DNA of 64,000 nucleotides from Deltaproteobacteria bacterium (GCA_020635195.1 JACKAG010000006.1:4010-68009), one strand, 5' to 3'. Shown: positions 49,282 to 59,184, numbered from the stretch's first letter. Notes: generated from the letters alone by a model not told the origin. Numbers and translations: made by a program.

Positions 49282-50397
49282 ATGGCATCCTGTTCTGAGG
49301 AAATATCAGTAATTCGTGGCAGTATTCATGCATACCGGATTTTTGATATCGGCAGTGAAATGGATATCCTGCATGCTGAACAGCTACTGAAAGATCAGAA
49401 CGCGAGTCAGTATTCTCCCGATCTTCCCGGACGTGGGATGCTGATTGCCGAGCGTCCTCTGGGCCTGATTCTGTCCTCATGGACAGAATCGATTGCGGAT
49501 CAGGAGTACCAGGTCATTCCGTTTGTTAAAATATGGAGTTTTGGAACGATTTCCATTCGTTTTCGCCTGGATCTGGATGGGCACTTTTCTTTGCCCGACC
49601 TTTGTGAAATCAGTCACTATCTTGAAAACAGTGAATCGTTTCATCAAAAGGCTGTAAACCAGGTGACAGAACTGATTACACTCCTGAATCCGGCGATTAA
49701 AAAGCCAGGATTATGGCGTCAGTTCGAAGATTATCTGTTCTTTCATTTTGAAAAAATTACTGAGGAACAAGAAGACCTTAAAAAGGTTTTTTATGGAGAT
49801 GGTATTTCATCTCTGATTCTTGGTGAAAAGTATATGGAGTTTTCCGATCAGATTAATGATTCGGTGGCTTCCACGATCTTTCAATATGAAAAGAATGATT
49901 TACTGTTGATCCACTGGAATGGTTCGATTCTTTATGATGCTGAACATGACGAAAATATTCTTCATGTGATTGAGTTTGCGTTGTGCCAGCTTCTGGAGCT
50001 TCGCTATTATGATGATCTTCTCGATCATCAGCTGGAAAGCTTGTATCACAAAATTGAAAACAAAAGAGGGACTGTTTTCAGAAATCCTTATACAGAACTG
50101 GCCAGATTTGCAGCTCTGGAGTACATTGATATCAGTGACATCGTAGACAAAGTAGGAAACGCCTTTAAAATTATCGGGGATTTTTATTATGCGACGATTT
50201 TTCGTGCCGCAACAGAAAAATTCCAGATTCCGGTCTGGAGAAAAATCGTTGACCACAAGCTCGGAAACCTTGCGGAGGTTTCCAGATTATTTCTCGGAGA
50301 TGTCAATGAAAAGCGCAACCAGATTCTGGAAGGAATTATTATTGTGCTGATTGCAATTGAGGTCATCCCTTTTATTCTCAGCCTCACTCAGCACTGA
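49282..50397 (+). CDS. RMD1/YagE (DUF155)-like protein with a C-terminal membrane anchor
   Basis: The C-terminus ...VNEKRNQILEGIIIVLIAIEVIPFIL matches the DUF155 ending (LEwiIIvLIaiEv). The core contains WSFGTISIRF and LLLIHWNGSILY strands. It starts 12 nt after the parA-like gene. Confidence 0.5.
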   Translation: MASCSEEISVIRGSIHAYRIFDIGSEMDILHAEQLLKDQNASQYSPDLPGRGMLIAERPLGLILSSWTESIADQEYQVIPFVKIWSFGTISIRFRLDLDGHFSLPDLCEISHYLENSESFHQKAVNQVTELITLLNPAIKKPGLWRQFEDYLFFHFEKITEEQEDLKKVFYGDGISSLILGEKYMEFSDQINDSVASTIFQYEKNDLLLIHWNGSILYDAEHDENILHVIEFALCQLLELRYYDDLLDHQLESLYHKIENKRGTVFRNPYTELARFAALEYIDISDIVDKVGNAFKIIGDFYYATIFRAATEKFQIPVWRKIVDHKLGNLAEVSRLFLGDVNEKRNQILEGIIIVLIAIEVIPFILSLTQH

Positions 50398-50403
50398 AAT
50401 GAC

Positions 50404-50442
50404 GTATAGCTTTCTTTAGAAAGCTATACATCGGATTTTTTT
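50404..50442 (+). terminator. Rho-independent terminator candidate
   Basis: Perfect inverted repeat GTATAGCTTTCT/AGAAAGCTATAC (50404-50429), followed after 6 nt by TTTTTTT. It begins 7 nt after the stop at 50397. Confidence 0.6.
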
Positions 50443-50491
50443 GCAGGTATTTATCCGGAAGATAATCTGTTCCATAAGGGTTCAAAACAGA

Positions 50492-51011
50492 ATGAAAAAG
50501 TTCTTTGTCATCTTATTTGTTTTTTTCATCGCAAATCCTTCCATGGCCACAGATCAGCAATCTGGTATACAAATGCTGCTTGAAGTGGAAAAACAGAAGT
50601 GCCACGATGGACTTCAAATGCTTTTTGCATCGGGTGTGGAAGATGATGCCATAGACGAAGATGGCAACACTCCTGTCCACAGTTTAGTGATAGCGGGAAA
50701 TACAGTCGCTGTTGACGCGCTCCTCAGGTATGGAAAAAATATAGAGACGTTGGTTAATAAGGCCGACAAGCATGGAATTACTCCCCTCTATTCGGCATTG
50801 TGGTACGGACATAAAGATATTGTGCGGCTCCTTCTCCGGCATAAGGGAGCACATACAACTGACACGTATAGCCGCATAATCTCTCCGCTATTGGACAGGG
50901 CAGAATGGACACACAGATCTCGCAGGGCTTCTTCTCATAGCTGGAGCGAAGGCAAATGTTGCTGCCAATGATGACACCGTGTTCCCTTCTCTGTTATCCG
51001 GCGATGCATGA
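50492..51011 (+). pseudogene. Signal-peptide ankyrin-repeat gene interrupted by a 1-nt frameshift near 50885-50892
   Basis: Frame a reads MKKFFVILFVFFIANPSMA...DEDGNTPVHSLVIAGNTVAVDALLRYG...HGITPLYSALWYGHKDIVRLLLRH...ISPL, then becomes nonsense. The +1 frame continues with the ankyrin consensus ...YWTGQNGHTDLAGLLLIAGAKANVAANDD and stops at 51009-51011. Confidence 0.65.
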
Positions 51012-51281
51012 ACGATAAAGGCCCCAAAATCTGGACAGTGGGTTATTTCTTTCTGTCTGTCTCTGCCAGACACAATCATCAATCATATCCTGAATATCAG
51101 CTAAAATAATATATATAAAGTAATTTCGAAATAATATAACACAATGATTTAAATATGAAAAAATCCTGTCAGACGACACCGGGAAGCCTGTAGGGAACAG
51201 AGGGACAGAACCCTCATCATAATTCTCTTCCGGAAATCCCGGTTTATAATAATTTTATCGGAAACAAACAGGGATACCGGG

Positions 51282-52607
51282 ATGACACATAAAGATCATT
51301 CATTTTTCAGTTCCTTTTCTGCAGTCATGAGGCTGATTTCAGAAAAAAGAACAGCCAGAGAACTGAAAGAATACGAAAGCCTGTCGGCAGAGCTGATTGC
51401 AGAGTATACAGACCTGTCCGATCGTGGAGGCTGTATTTATCTGAAATATATCCAGACTGAGCTTTTATATACTCTGCTGCGACATGAACTATGGCTCGGA
51501 AATGAATATTTCAGGACGGTCTTCATACAGATGGTCGGAAATATGTGCCGGGTTCCTCAGGATCAGGCAACACAGATCGCAGAGGGCCTTCTGGCATGTG
51601 CCTATGACTGGCAGGAGGGCGGCGGGGAAAGGCCCGTACTGTTTGCCAGCGATGAAGAATTTGTGCTGTATGCCTATACACAGGTACTGTCTGCCGGACC
51701 ATCAGCTCAGGATAGCGATCTCTCTGGTTTTGGTCCGTTGTTCCGGGAAAAGCTCATCAGGATGACCGACGTCTGTAGCCGCATCCTTAGCCGGAAGCAG
51801 GACCTTGCCTTCAGCTATGATGATCAGGATCTGATCTTTCTGAAAGCACTACAAAAGCTTTCAGCGATGCGGGCCAGATGGCCATGGTATCTGGATGTCC
51901 TTGAACTCCGTTACCGACTTGGAGGGCTCAGCCCTGAGTGGAGCGACTATCTCTGTGATGAACAGCAGTCTGACCTTGTCCTGAAGCTTTTGACAGACGC
52001 CGGCCTGAAAGCATTCGATGCCGGCATGTTTGTCGCCGAATGGTGCCGAAAGACAAAGCCCTCGTTTCATCAGCTCGATCCGGCAGAATTACTGCTGGAG
52101 CTCAGATCACAAGACCTGATCTGGTTTCCTGACTTCGACGAAAAAGAAAAGCGGCAACCTGAAAGACGCAGACTTGAACTGACTGAGGCCGGATTTCGCC
52201 TGACCTCCGGATTTTTTAGTGGAGCCTGTTTTGAATCTTTCAGTCCGCTAAAGGCTCTTGAGCCTGGACAGAGTCCTTACTGGCAGTGCGCATGGGTACG
52301 ACGCTGCCTGGATTCAGATAAGGATCTAAGGGACGCCCTTCTTTCGGAAGCACTCAGCAGAAGAGCGCTCCCATCAGGGGTGCCAGAACTGATCTGTGAA
52401 GAGATGGTCCGGATCGGACGGGTGCAGGAACTGGAATCATGGCTGAAGCGCTTGTATCAGGCCAGCCTGAATCCGACAATGAAACTCAGACTGTGGGAGC
52501 TTATGGCAAAAGAGAGCATGCCGGAAAGCAGCCGGAATCTGTTCAGGCAGCTGATGAAGAATGATCCGAGTCATAGGGTCAGAAATCAGCTCAGATCTCT
52601 GTCGTAA
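51282..52607 (+). CDS. Hypothetical protein
   Basis: 441-aa ORF with typical coding composition. The C-terminus is HEAT-like (NDPSHRVRNQL). Its 3' end overlaps the tlyA 3' end by 17 nt. Confidence 0.5.
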   Translation: MTHKDHSFFSSFSAVMRLISEKRTARELKEYESLSAELIAEYTDLSDRGGCIYLKYIQTELLYTLLRHELWLGNEYFRTVFIQMVGNMCRVPQDQATQIAEGLLACAYDWQEGGGERPVLFASDEEFVLYAYTQVLSAGPSAQDSDLSGFGPLFREKLIRMTDVCSRILSRKQDLAFSYDDQDLIFLKALQKLSAMRARWPWYLDVLELRYRLGGLSPEWSDYLCDEQQSDLVLKLLTDAGLKAFDAGMFVAEWCRKTKPSFHQLDPAELLLELRSQDLIWFPDFDEKEKRQPERRRLELTEAGFRLTSGFFSGACFESFSPLKALEPGQSPYWQCAWVRRCLDSDKDLRDALLSEALSRRALPSGVPELICEEMVRIGRVQELESWLKRLYQASLNPTMKLRLWELMAKESMPESSRNLFRQLMKNDPSHRVRNQLRSLS

Positions 52608-53394
52608 CAGCCTCCCTGCACGGCTCCTGCTCTGCTTCTTTCATCATATAAAGGAATGTTTCCTGATTTCCCCGCCGCCCCCTGATCGAAGAATCAGCAG
52701 AGGCAATAAAACGAAAGCCACATCTTTCAAAAGCATACCTGGCCTGACTAAGAGCCTGCTGCTGCAACGCAGGGTCTGTCACGACCCCACCAGAAGGAAC
52801 CAGCTCCTGTGGAAGCTCAAATTGCGGTTTGACCATCGCCAGCAATCTGCTGCCGCTCCCTGAGAGGGCACTGATATGTCCGGCCACCAGAGAAAGGCGA
52901 ATAAAGCCCAGATCTGCAACGATCCAGTCCGGGCAGCCGTAGGCACTTGCAGAAAAGTCCCGTAAATCGGTTTTCTCTACAGAAATGACTCTGGGGTCCT
53001 GAAGCAGCCTCCATGCCAGCTGTGCTGCACCAATATCTACAGCGATGACCTGTCTGGCTCCCGCCTGGAGAACACAGTCGGTAAAACCTCCGGTCGAGGC
53101 CCCAAGGTCAAAGACAAGCGTGTCCTGAAAGCTCTGGCTAAGGCCCAGCTGCCGGATGGCACTCCAGAGTTTTTCTCCTCCCCGGCTGACAAATAACCCC
53201 TGTTTTTTCAGACGAATTTCTGATTTTATAGAGTAGAGGCTTCCGGGTTTATCAGCTCTTTGCTCATTAACGACAACCTGCCCTGCCAGAATCAAAGCCC
53301 GGGCTGAAGGGATGCTGTCCGCCAGCCCTGCTTCTGTCAGTAACTGATCGAGCCTTTTACGTTTTGTCTGACGAAGATCTGACGGTTTAGTCAA
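52591..53394 (-). CDS. tlyA: TlyA-family rRNA 2'-O-methyltransferase (hemolysin A-like)
   Basis: N-terminal S4 domain (RLDQLLTEAGLADSIPSARALILAGQVVVN) plus an FtsJ SAM motif (VFDLGASTGGFTDCVL). Confidence 0.85.
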   Translation of the reverse strand: MTKPSDLRQTKRKRLDQLLTEAGLADSIPSARALILAGQVVVNEQRADKPGSLYSIKSEIRLKKQGLFVSRGGEKLWSAIRQLGLSQSFQDTLVFDLGASTGGFTDCVLQAGARQVIAVDIGAAQLAWRLLQDPRVISVEKTDLRDFSASAYGCPDWIVADLGFIRLSLVAGHISALSGSGSRLLAMVKPQFELPQELVPSGGVVTDPALQQQALSQARYAFERCGFRFIASADSSIRGRRGNQETFLYMMKEAEQEPCREAVTTEI

Positions 53395-53538
53395 CTGACA
53401 GCCCTTTACTTTCCTTGATTATCATATAGTTAACCCTGAATTTAGCCCTGATACTGAAGCTTTGAACCTGACGTCCGAAAGCTCTTTTGTGGGCCAGTCC
53501 CGCTTATCTTAACCTGAAGAAAGCTTCCGGGGGAACAG

Positions 53539-54291
53539 GTGACATACAGTCCGATCAGAATGTTACTGGTAGATGATGCTTCGGTCAGTGCGACACTGGA
53601 CCGGGCGGGCTACCGGAGTATGGGAATGCAGGTCTTTGCGGTTTCTTCTCCTGATTCGGTGATGGCTCTGGCCAGAGAGAAGAAAGCTGAAATGATTGTT
53701 CTGAACTTTGATTTTCTGGGAGAAGAAACCGCACGCTTATGTGAAAGCCTGCGGGCTGATGAAGATTTTCATCTGATTCCATTGGTTGTTACGAGTGTCC
53801 AGGGAGATGCCGGACTCAAAAAAAAGCTCCTCGCAAAAGGGGTGAATCTCTTTGTCGAACAGCCAATCCCGAGGCCGTACTTTGTTGAACAGCTGAAAAA
53901 ACTCTTAACCAGAATGATACGGGGAGAAGACCGGATTCATGCGCAGGAAGGAGACTCTGTCCATGTGACCATTCATGGACAGAAATACCCTGCAATGATA
54001 GGAGATTTATCCAGCTCCGGCCTCTTTCTCTGCCCCCAGGGGGATGACATCCCCTTCAGTGAGGGAGATCATTGTTCGGTATTGATATCTATGGCGGGCA
54101 TGACTCAAGCCTGCCAGGCAGAGTGTGAGGTGGTACGAATTCTGCATCATGACTCCAGATTTCCGGACAGACAGGCCGGAGCAGGACTTATCTTCAGGGC
54201 CTTTGAAAAGGATGGAGAGAAGGTTCTTATGGATTTTCTGGCGGTTCATGGCAGGGCTGAGGAAGATCAACGCATGCTGTATTACCTCTGA
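53539..54291 (+). CDS. Receiver-like domain plus PilZ c-di-GMP-binding domain protein
   Basis: The N-terminus IRMLLVDDASV...MIVLNFDF...PLVVTS has a CheY-like layout. The PilZ motifs are RGEDR (RxxxR) and DLSSSG (DxSxxG). GTG start. Confidence 0.7.
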   Translation: MTYSPIRMLLVDDASVSATLDRAGYRSMGMQVFAVSSPDSVMALAREKKAEMIVLNFDFLGEETARLCESLRADEDFHLIPLVVTSVQGDAGLKKKLLAKGVNLFVEQPIPRPYFVEQLKKLLTRMIRGEDRIHAQEGDSVHVTIHGQKYPAMIGDLSSSGLFLCPQGDDIPFSEGDHCSVLISMAGMTQACQAECEVVRILHHDSRFPDRQAGAGLIFRAFEKDGEKVLMDFLAVHGRAEEDQRMLYYL

Positions 54292-54344
54292 GGATCTTCT
54301 CTTCATTGTCCGCTCCCCGGCAGCTATGAAAATAACCCTTCGAT

Positions 54345-55463
54345 TCAGCTACGGTAGTTGTATGTGATCTCTTCTCTGTATTTATCAAATTCGTCCTGTG
54401 GGTACGGAATTTCACGCACGATTGTGACTTTTAACAATCTGTTCCTGTCCACATCCCATTCAAAAGCCGTCGTCGTATTTTCAGACAAGGAATCATCTTT
54501 TTTTGCTTCTCTTCTTTTCTGAGAAACGATAAAGCCATTGGAGTCAATATCTGTATCCAGTGTGTATCTGGCCTTTTCTTGATTGCTGTTCTCATATTTT
54601 CGATCTTCATGACTTAAAATCCATGTAAAGGATTCGCCCAGTAATATGTTTATAAAGACCTGTTGTGTGTGATATGTCTCAGATTCCGAAACAAAACGAC
54701 CATCACACACTAACTGATCGCCTTTATCATCCAGGGTGCATGAATAATCGCTTTTTCCATAGCACGAACTGCTGAGGATGGGTCCATCATTGTAACTACA
54801 TGCACCATAAGTGATGGAAGATACATCTCGTGCCCGCACAAGATTTTCAAGTTTTTCGTACGTCACGGTTGAATCGATGCGCTCGCCTCCCGAGCGCATC
54901 GCTGTGACTGTCGTAACTGTATTATTGTCATAGTCAAAGACAGTTTTATTCAGCCCTTTGTTTACTTGACGGACCCGACCAGCATCATCATAAGTGATTT
55001 CAACATAAGCCTTTGCATTTTTTTCTATTCTTATGAGCTGATCATTATTATCATACTGATATGCAAGAAATTCTTGTCCATCTTTGGCTAAGATCTCTTT
55101 TTCAGCCCAGATATTAAATGAATGCTTAGGAAGCCCATTTTTCTTGTATTCCCAATTTTCAAACACATTAAAATACGGCGATTTTTGACTGTCTTCACCC
55201 TCTATCGTTCTGCGATATCCTTGCGTTTTTGAACGCAGCAAATAACCTTCCTCGTTATACTCGTATACGGGCTGGTCTGAGGCAGGATTTCCTTCCCTGT
55301 CAAAGCCAAGATATTTTATGCTCTTCAAAGCAGGAAACCATGATTTTTCTCCGCGGATTATCATTCTTTCTCTGTTTTTTTCATTTTGATTATTGATCTT
55401 AAATGATGTTGCAAATGAAACAGAGCTGATCAGGCTTGCAGCGATGATCAAAAGCACTTTCAT
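54345..55463 (-). CDS. Small exported YD-repeat protein
   Basis: Signal peptide MKVLLIIAASLISSVSFA. YD repeats YEYNEEGYLLRS, YQYDNNDQLIRIE, ITYDDAGRVRQVN and FDYDNNTVTTV. Confidence 0.65.
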   Translation of the reverse strand: MKVLLIIAASLISSVSFATSFKINNQNEKNRERMIIRGEKSWFPALKSIKYLGFDREGNPASDQPVYEYNEEGYLLRSKTQGYRRTIEGEDSQKSPYFNVFENWEYKKNGLPKHSFNIWAEKEILAKDGQEFLAYQYDNNDQLIRIEKNAKAYVEITYDDAGRVRQVNKGLNKTVFDYDNNTVTTVTAMRSGGERIDSTVTYEKLENLVRARDVSSITYGACSYNDGPILSSSCYGKSDYSCTLDDKGDQLVCDGRFVSESETYHTQQVFINILLGESFTWILSHEDRKYENSNQEKARYTLDTDIDSNGFIVSQKRREAKKDDSLSENTTTAFEWDVDRNRLLKVTIVREIPYPQDEFDKYREEITYNYRS

Positions 55464-55890
55464 AATCCCTCCTTAATCTGAGTTTGACAAAAAGAACTAT
55501 AAGATCATGTATAACAAAAATTTAATGACATATGCGCTGTTTTTTCCAAAGACTCTCCTGAATCGAAAATAAAAAGATCATTTTTTAAACAAAAGGACAT
55601 ATCAGAATCCAGACCATCACAATCAAGCAGATCCTGTCACCTGGAAAGGACTCCATCGTTATGCCCTCCACTGTTTAATCTTTCTTCTGACTGAGATCTT
55701 CCGAGCATCTGAACAAAGGCTCATAAACAGACTGAAGTCTGTTTGACACGAAACATTATGAAGACCAGGAATTCTTGCAGATTTTTGGTTCTTTTGTTAT
55801 GTTCCTCACTTTTCCACAGACAACGTTCAGAAAACTGAGCCTCCTGCAGGAAGCAATCATCTGAACTCATATAAGAAAAAGGACTTCAAG

Positions 55891-56646
55891 ATGAAAATCT
55901 TATCTGTAATTTTGTTTGCGATTTTCGGAAGCAACCTGTCTGTGGGGATAGGCCACGATGATCAGGGTCAAAGCCAGGCCTGTCTCGCTACAGAGAAGGG
56001 AAAACTGATGGCCGCACGCTTGCTGACCGGAGAGGGGAGCAGCCCTGATAAGCCAGCGGAACATGGCCGAAGCTCTCTTGATGTGGCAGCGGAGAATGGC
56101 GACAGCAAGAAGGTACAGGCTCTCATCGCAGCCGGAGCGGATGTGAATCACACAAACAAGAATGGCGAGACAGCCATCCATTATGCTGCATGGAATGGGC
56201 TCGAAAAAACCGTGCAGGTTCTCCTCACAGCTGGAGCGCGTGTAGATCTGGCAGACAACAATGGATGCACCCCCCTCTTCTGGGCATCAGAGAGGGGACA
56301 TAGCGATATCGTTATACTTCTGATTCTTTATGGAAATGAAACGAATGTGAATCTGGCTGATAACAAAGGCTATACCTGCCTCCATTATGCAACTTATGGT
56401 TTCAGAGAGACCGTGCAAACTCTCATCGCAGCCGGTGCAAATCTGAATCTGCCTGACAAGCATGGGCATACCCCGCTCCATCATGCGGCAGCAAGTGGAG
56501 ACTATGATATTGTGAGAGATCTTATCGCAGCCGGTGCAAAGATGAATCTGCCTGACAACAAAGGTTGCACCCCTCTCTTTTGGGCAGACAGGAAACATCA
56601 CAAAGAGACCGGAGACTTTCTCTTCCAGGCGGGAGCCGTCTATTAG
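55891..56646 (+). CDS. Signal-peptide ankyrin-repeat protein
   Basis: MKILSVILFAIFGSNLSVG is followed by about six ANK repeats (GETAIHYAAWNGLEKTVQVLLTAGARVD, GCTPLFWASERGHSDIVILLI, GHTPLHHAAASGDYDIVRDLIAAGAKMN and others). Confidence 0.85.
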   Translation: MKILSVILFAIFGSNLSVGIGHDDQGQSQACLATEKGKLMAARLLTGEGSSPDKPAEHGRSSLDVAAENGDSKKVQALIAAGADVNHTNKNGETAIHYAAWNGLEKTVQVLLTAGARVDLADNNGCTPLFWASERGHSDIVILLILYGNETNVNLADNKGYTCLHYATYGFRETVQTLIAAGANLNLPDKHGHTPLHHAAASGDYDIVRDLIAAGAKMNLPDNKGCTPLFWADRKHHKETGDFLFQAGAVY

Positions 56647-56746
56647 TCAGTCTTTAATTCGAAATAAACAAAATGATTTCAAACAAATGACATTCAAAAA
56701 CGGAAACGCAAGCATCCTTTCCAGAGGAGGCAGTAAACTTCAGATC

Positions 56747-59065
56747 TCAGAATGAGCTATTATCAGAGGGTTTTTCCTCTTTTTCCATTTCCAGAGCGGT
56801 TTCAATGGGCATGATCTTTGATCCTCTGCGCCTTTTGCCAAGAATGGCAACTCCGGCATTATCCTCGCTTATCTGAACAGGAGATCCTCCGACATGGAGG
56901 TCGACATTGGCAAACAGGGTTTCTGCGACAAAAATTTTGACATCCTGATCGTAAACCAGCTGAGATCTGGCATGCTCCAGATGACGTTCCATGTGTTCCA
57001 GTAATTTTCGTCCTTTAACCAGTCGCTCCTGATAGAATTTTTTTCGCTGAACGTGTTTTTCTGTCATCTGGCTTTGCTTTTTACTTGTGATTTCGCGGAG
57101 TGCTTGCCGGTCTTTTATGTGGACCTCCTGAACTTTCTCAATGCGGTGGCTTCTGATCCGCACAGACAACTCTGTTTGCCAGTCCACTCCGGCATTGATC
57201 TGGGTGACATTTCCATTTTTAAAACCAAGATTAGCTGTATAAATGTTTTCCCGACAACTGACCATTCCTCCGGCGATGACAGACTGCTTTTTATCCAGAA
57301 GCGTTATTTTCCCTCCAGCAATAATATTGCTGTTAAGAATGGCTTTTTTGACCAGAAGAGACCCCCCACACTGTAAGGTCGAATTTTCAATAAACTCCGC
57401 CCTGACATGGCCATTAGCATGGATCAGACCTTTTCGTCCTGTTACGATGCCATGACTAACCTCAAGATCTCCTCCACACCGGACAAAAGCATTGCGAACC
57501 GATCCTCTCACAGTCAGATTTCCGCTGACATGAACATAAGCTCCGCTGTCAATAGAACCGAGGACTTCAACCGGGCCATCAAAGGTAATATTGCCTGAAC
57601 GAAGGTTCACATCGCCTTTGTGGACCATTGTTTTGGTCAATGACAGTGAATTGTTATGAACCGAAGGAACTCCGTCAAACAGTGCATAAAAACGTCCCGG
57701 GCGACGTTCTTCCACACCTTCACCGGTTTCGACATGAAACTCCTCATGCCGGGAAGCTTCCAGCAGCTCTCCGTAAACATTTTTACCAGCTTTCGGAGGA
57801 TTCTGGTATCGCACGGAAGCAATCAGTTGCCCTGCTTTTGCAAAGTTTTTTTTCTGTACATTTCGTATGTTAACAACTTCATTCGTATGATTGCTTTCTA
57901 TGTCAGAGCCTTCTTCAAAGCTGGTATGCAGGTATGGTTTGCGGCCTCCCACACTCTCCATACCTATCGCAACGATCATATCATTGAGGCTTTCTTTGTG
58001 CCGGATGGCTTCGCTAAGATCTTTCAGGTAGGGAGCAGAGGCTTCACTACTGATTCCATATCTTGCTATTTCATTTTTTAGCCAGGTATCATTCAGGCTG
58101 AAATCCGCCGTCTGATAAAAATCCTCAGGAAAATTGGCGACCAAGGCCTTCATGCCGTCAGGACTGACCACAATATGGAGCTTACCAGCGCCGCTATAGT
58201 GAGCCACTTTACTGGCCGACGGTCGATCCGGGAGAAGCCCGCCAGCTCCGGACCAGCCGGATGCTGCCAGGATCGTCATGGGCAGATCCATACCTATCCG
58301 TTCGGGGCCATTGAGTGCCTGTTGCACTTCCTGACTGATGTTTTTTTGTAAAATCTGATAGTGCTCACCGAATTGTTCGGCCACCTTGTCTGTCGCTTCT
58401 CCTATCATTTCTATAATTTTTGGAATGCCTGTCTGCTCCACCAGCTGTAAAAGGTTTCTGATGACAAGGATGACCTCTTTTCTGTTTTTATTGGCGGTAA
58501 TCGTATAAGGTTTTTGCGCCGTTCCTTCGGAAGACTGAAGCCCTGGTGCAGGGCAAAGGGACAAATCTTCGACAGTTTCACCATGTGCAGCCTTTATCCA
58601 GGCACCATAAATCTGGGCAGAATTACATTTTCCTGCTATCCCAAGAGACTTAAGTTTGTGCCCGATAGAAAACTGAAGCCATTCAGGCCTCCAGACTCTG
58701 ACTTCTGAGGCTGGAGCATCGATGGTAAGAAGGGCCAGAGATTTTTCAGAGTCACCGGGCTGAAGTTCCACTCCCGAAAGGGCTGGACTCCCCTCAGCAA
58801 GTACAAAATTCAGAGCTTCATGAAGAGGCAGCTCTTCTTTTTCAAGGCAGAGTTCACAAAATTCAGAGAATCGACTTTTATAAACAGAGAAAGCGTCAAT
58901 TTCCTGATTTTGCCTGACAGAAGACATTTTCTTCTGTGCTCTGGCAACGATCTCATCAATACTCTCTGCAAAAGGTGTCATCTTCCTGATCTCGGAACGA
59001 GTCACCTGTGCTTTGATGCGAAACGGACCGGGCAGATAGGAAAGTCTGATGATTCCCTTTGGCAC
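56747..59065 (-). CDS. FapA/DUF342-family protein
   Basis: 772 aa. The central beta-helix-like repeats GNITFDGPVEVLGSIDSGAYVHVSGNLTVRGSVRNAFVRCGGDLEVSHGIV are characteristic of DUF342. The C-terminus is a coiled-coil. Confidence 0.65.
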   Translation of the reverse strand: MPKGIIRLSYLPGPFRIKAQVTRSEIRKMTPFAESIDEIVARAQKKMSSVRQNQEIDAFSVYKSRFSEFCELCLEKEELPLHEALNFVLAEGSPALSGVELQPGDSEKSLALLTIDAPASEVRVWRPEWLQFSIGHKLKSLGIAGKCNSAQIYGAWIKAAHGETVEDLSLCPAPGLQSSEGTAQKPYTITANKNRKEVILVIRNLLQLVEQTGIPKIIEMIGEATDKVAEQFGEHYQILQKNISQEVQQALNGPERIGMDLPMTILAASGWSGAGGLLPDRPSASKVAHYSGAGKLHIVVSPDGMKALVANFPEDFYQTADFSLNDTWLKNEIARYGISSEASAPYLKDLSEAIRHKESLNDMIVAIGMESVGGRKPYLHTSFEEGSDIESNHTNEVVNIRNVQKKNFAKAGQLIASVRYQNPPKAGKNVYGELLEASRHEEFHVETGEGVEERRPGRFYALFDGVPSVHNNSLSLTKTMVHKGDVNLRSGNITFDGPVEVLGSIDSGAYVHVSGNLTVRGSVRNAFVRCGGDLEVSHGIVTGRKGLIHANGHVRAEFIENSTLQCGGSLLVKKAILNSNIIAGGKITLLDKKQSVIAGGMVSCRENIYTANLGFKNGNVTQINAGVDWQTELSVRIRSHRIEKVQEVHIKDRQALREITSKKQSQMTEKHVQRKKFYQERLVKGRKLLEHMERHLEHARSQLVYDQDVKIFVAETLFANVDLHVGGSPVQISEDNAGVAILGKRRRGSKIMPIETALEMEKEEKPSDNSSF

Positions 59066-59184
59066 AAAAACTCCACGTTACATAATATGGGTCCTGTGAT
59101 GGCAATGTGCTGCGGATCTTGTTTCGGATTTTTCCTGAAAAGTCTTAAATTCCTTCCAGAGAGACGAGAGAGGCAGAGTTCTTA

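Noticed and set aside
48249-50438. 13-nt identical motif ATACATCGGATTT at 48249-48261 and 50426-50438, flanking the parA-like/DUF155-like gene pair, which could be read as insertion-site duplications
   Set aside because: A single 13-mer match is expected by chance several times in a 64-kb window. The second copy is part of the terminator stem and tail. There is no integrase or transposase and no inverted repeats.
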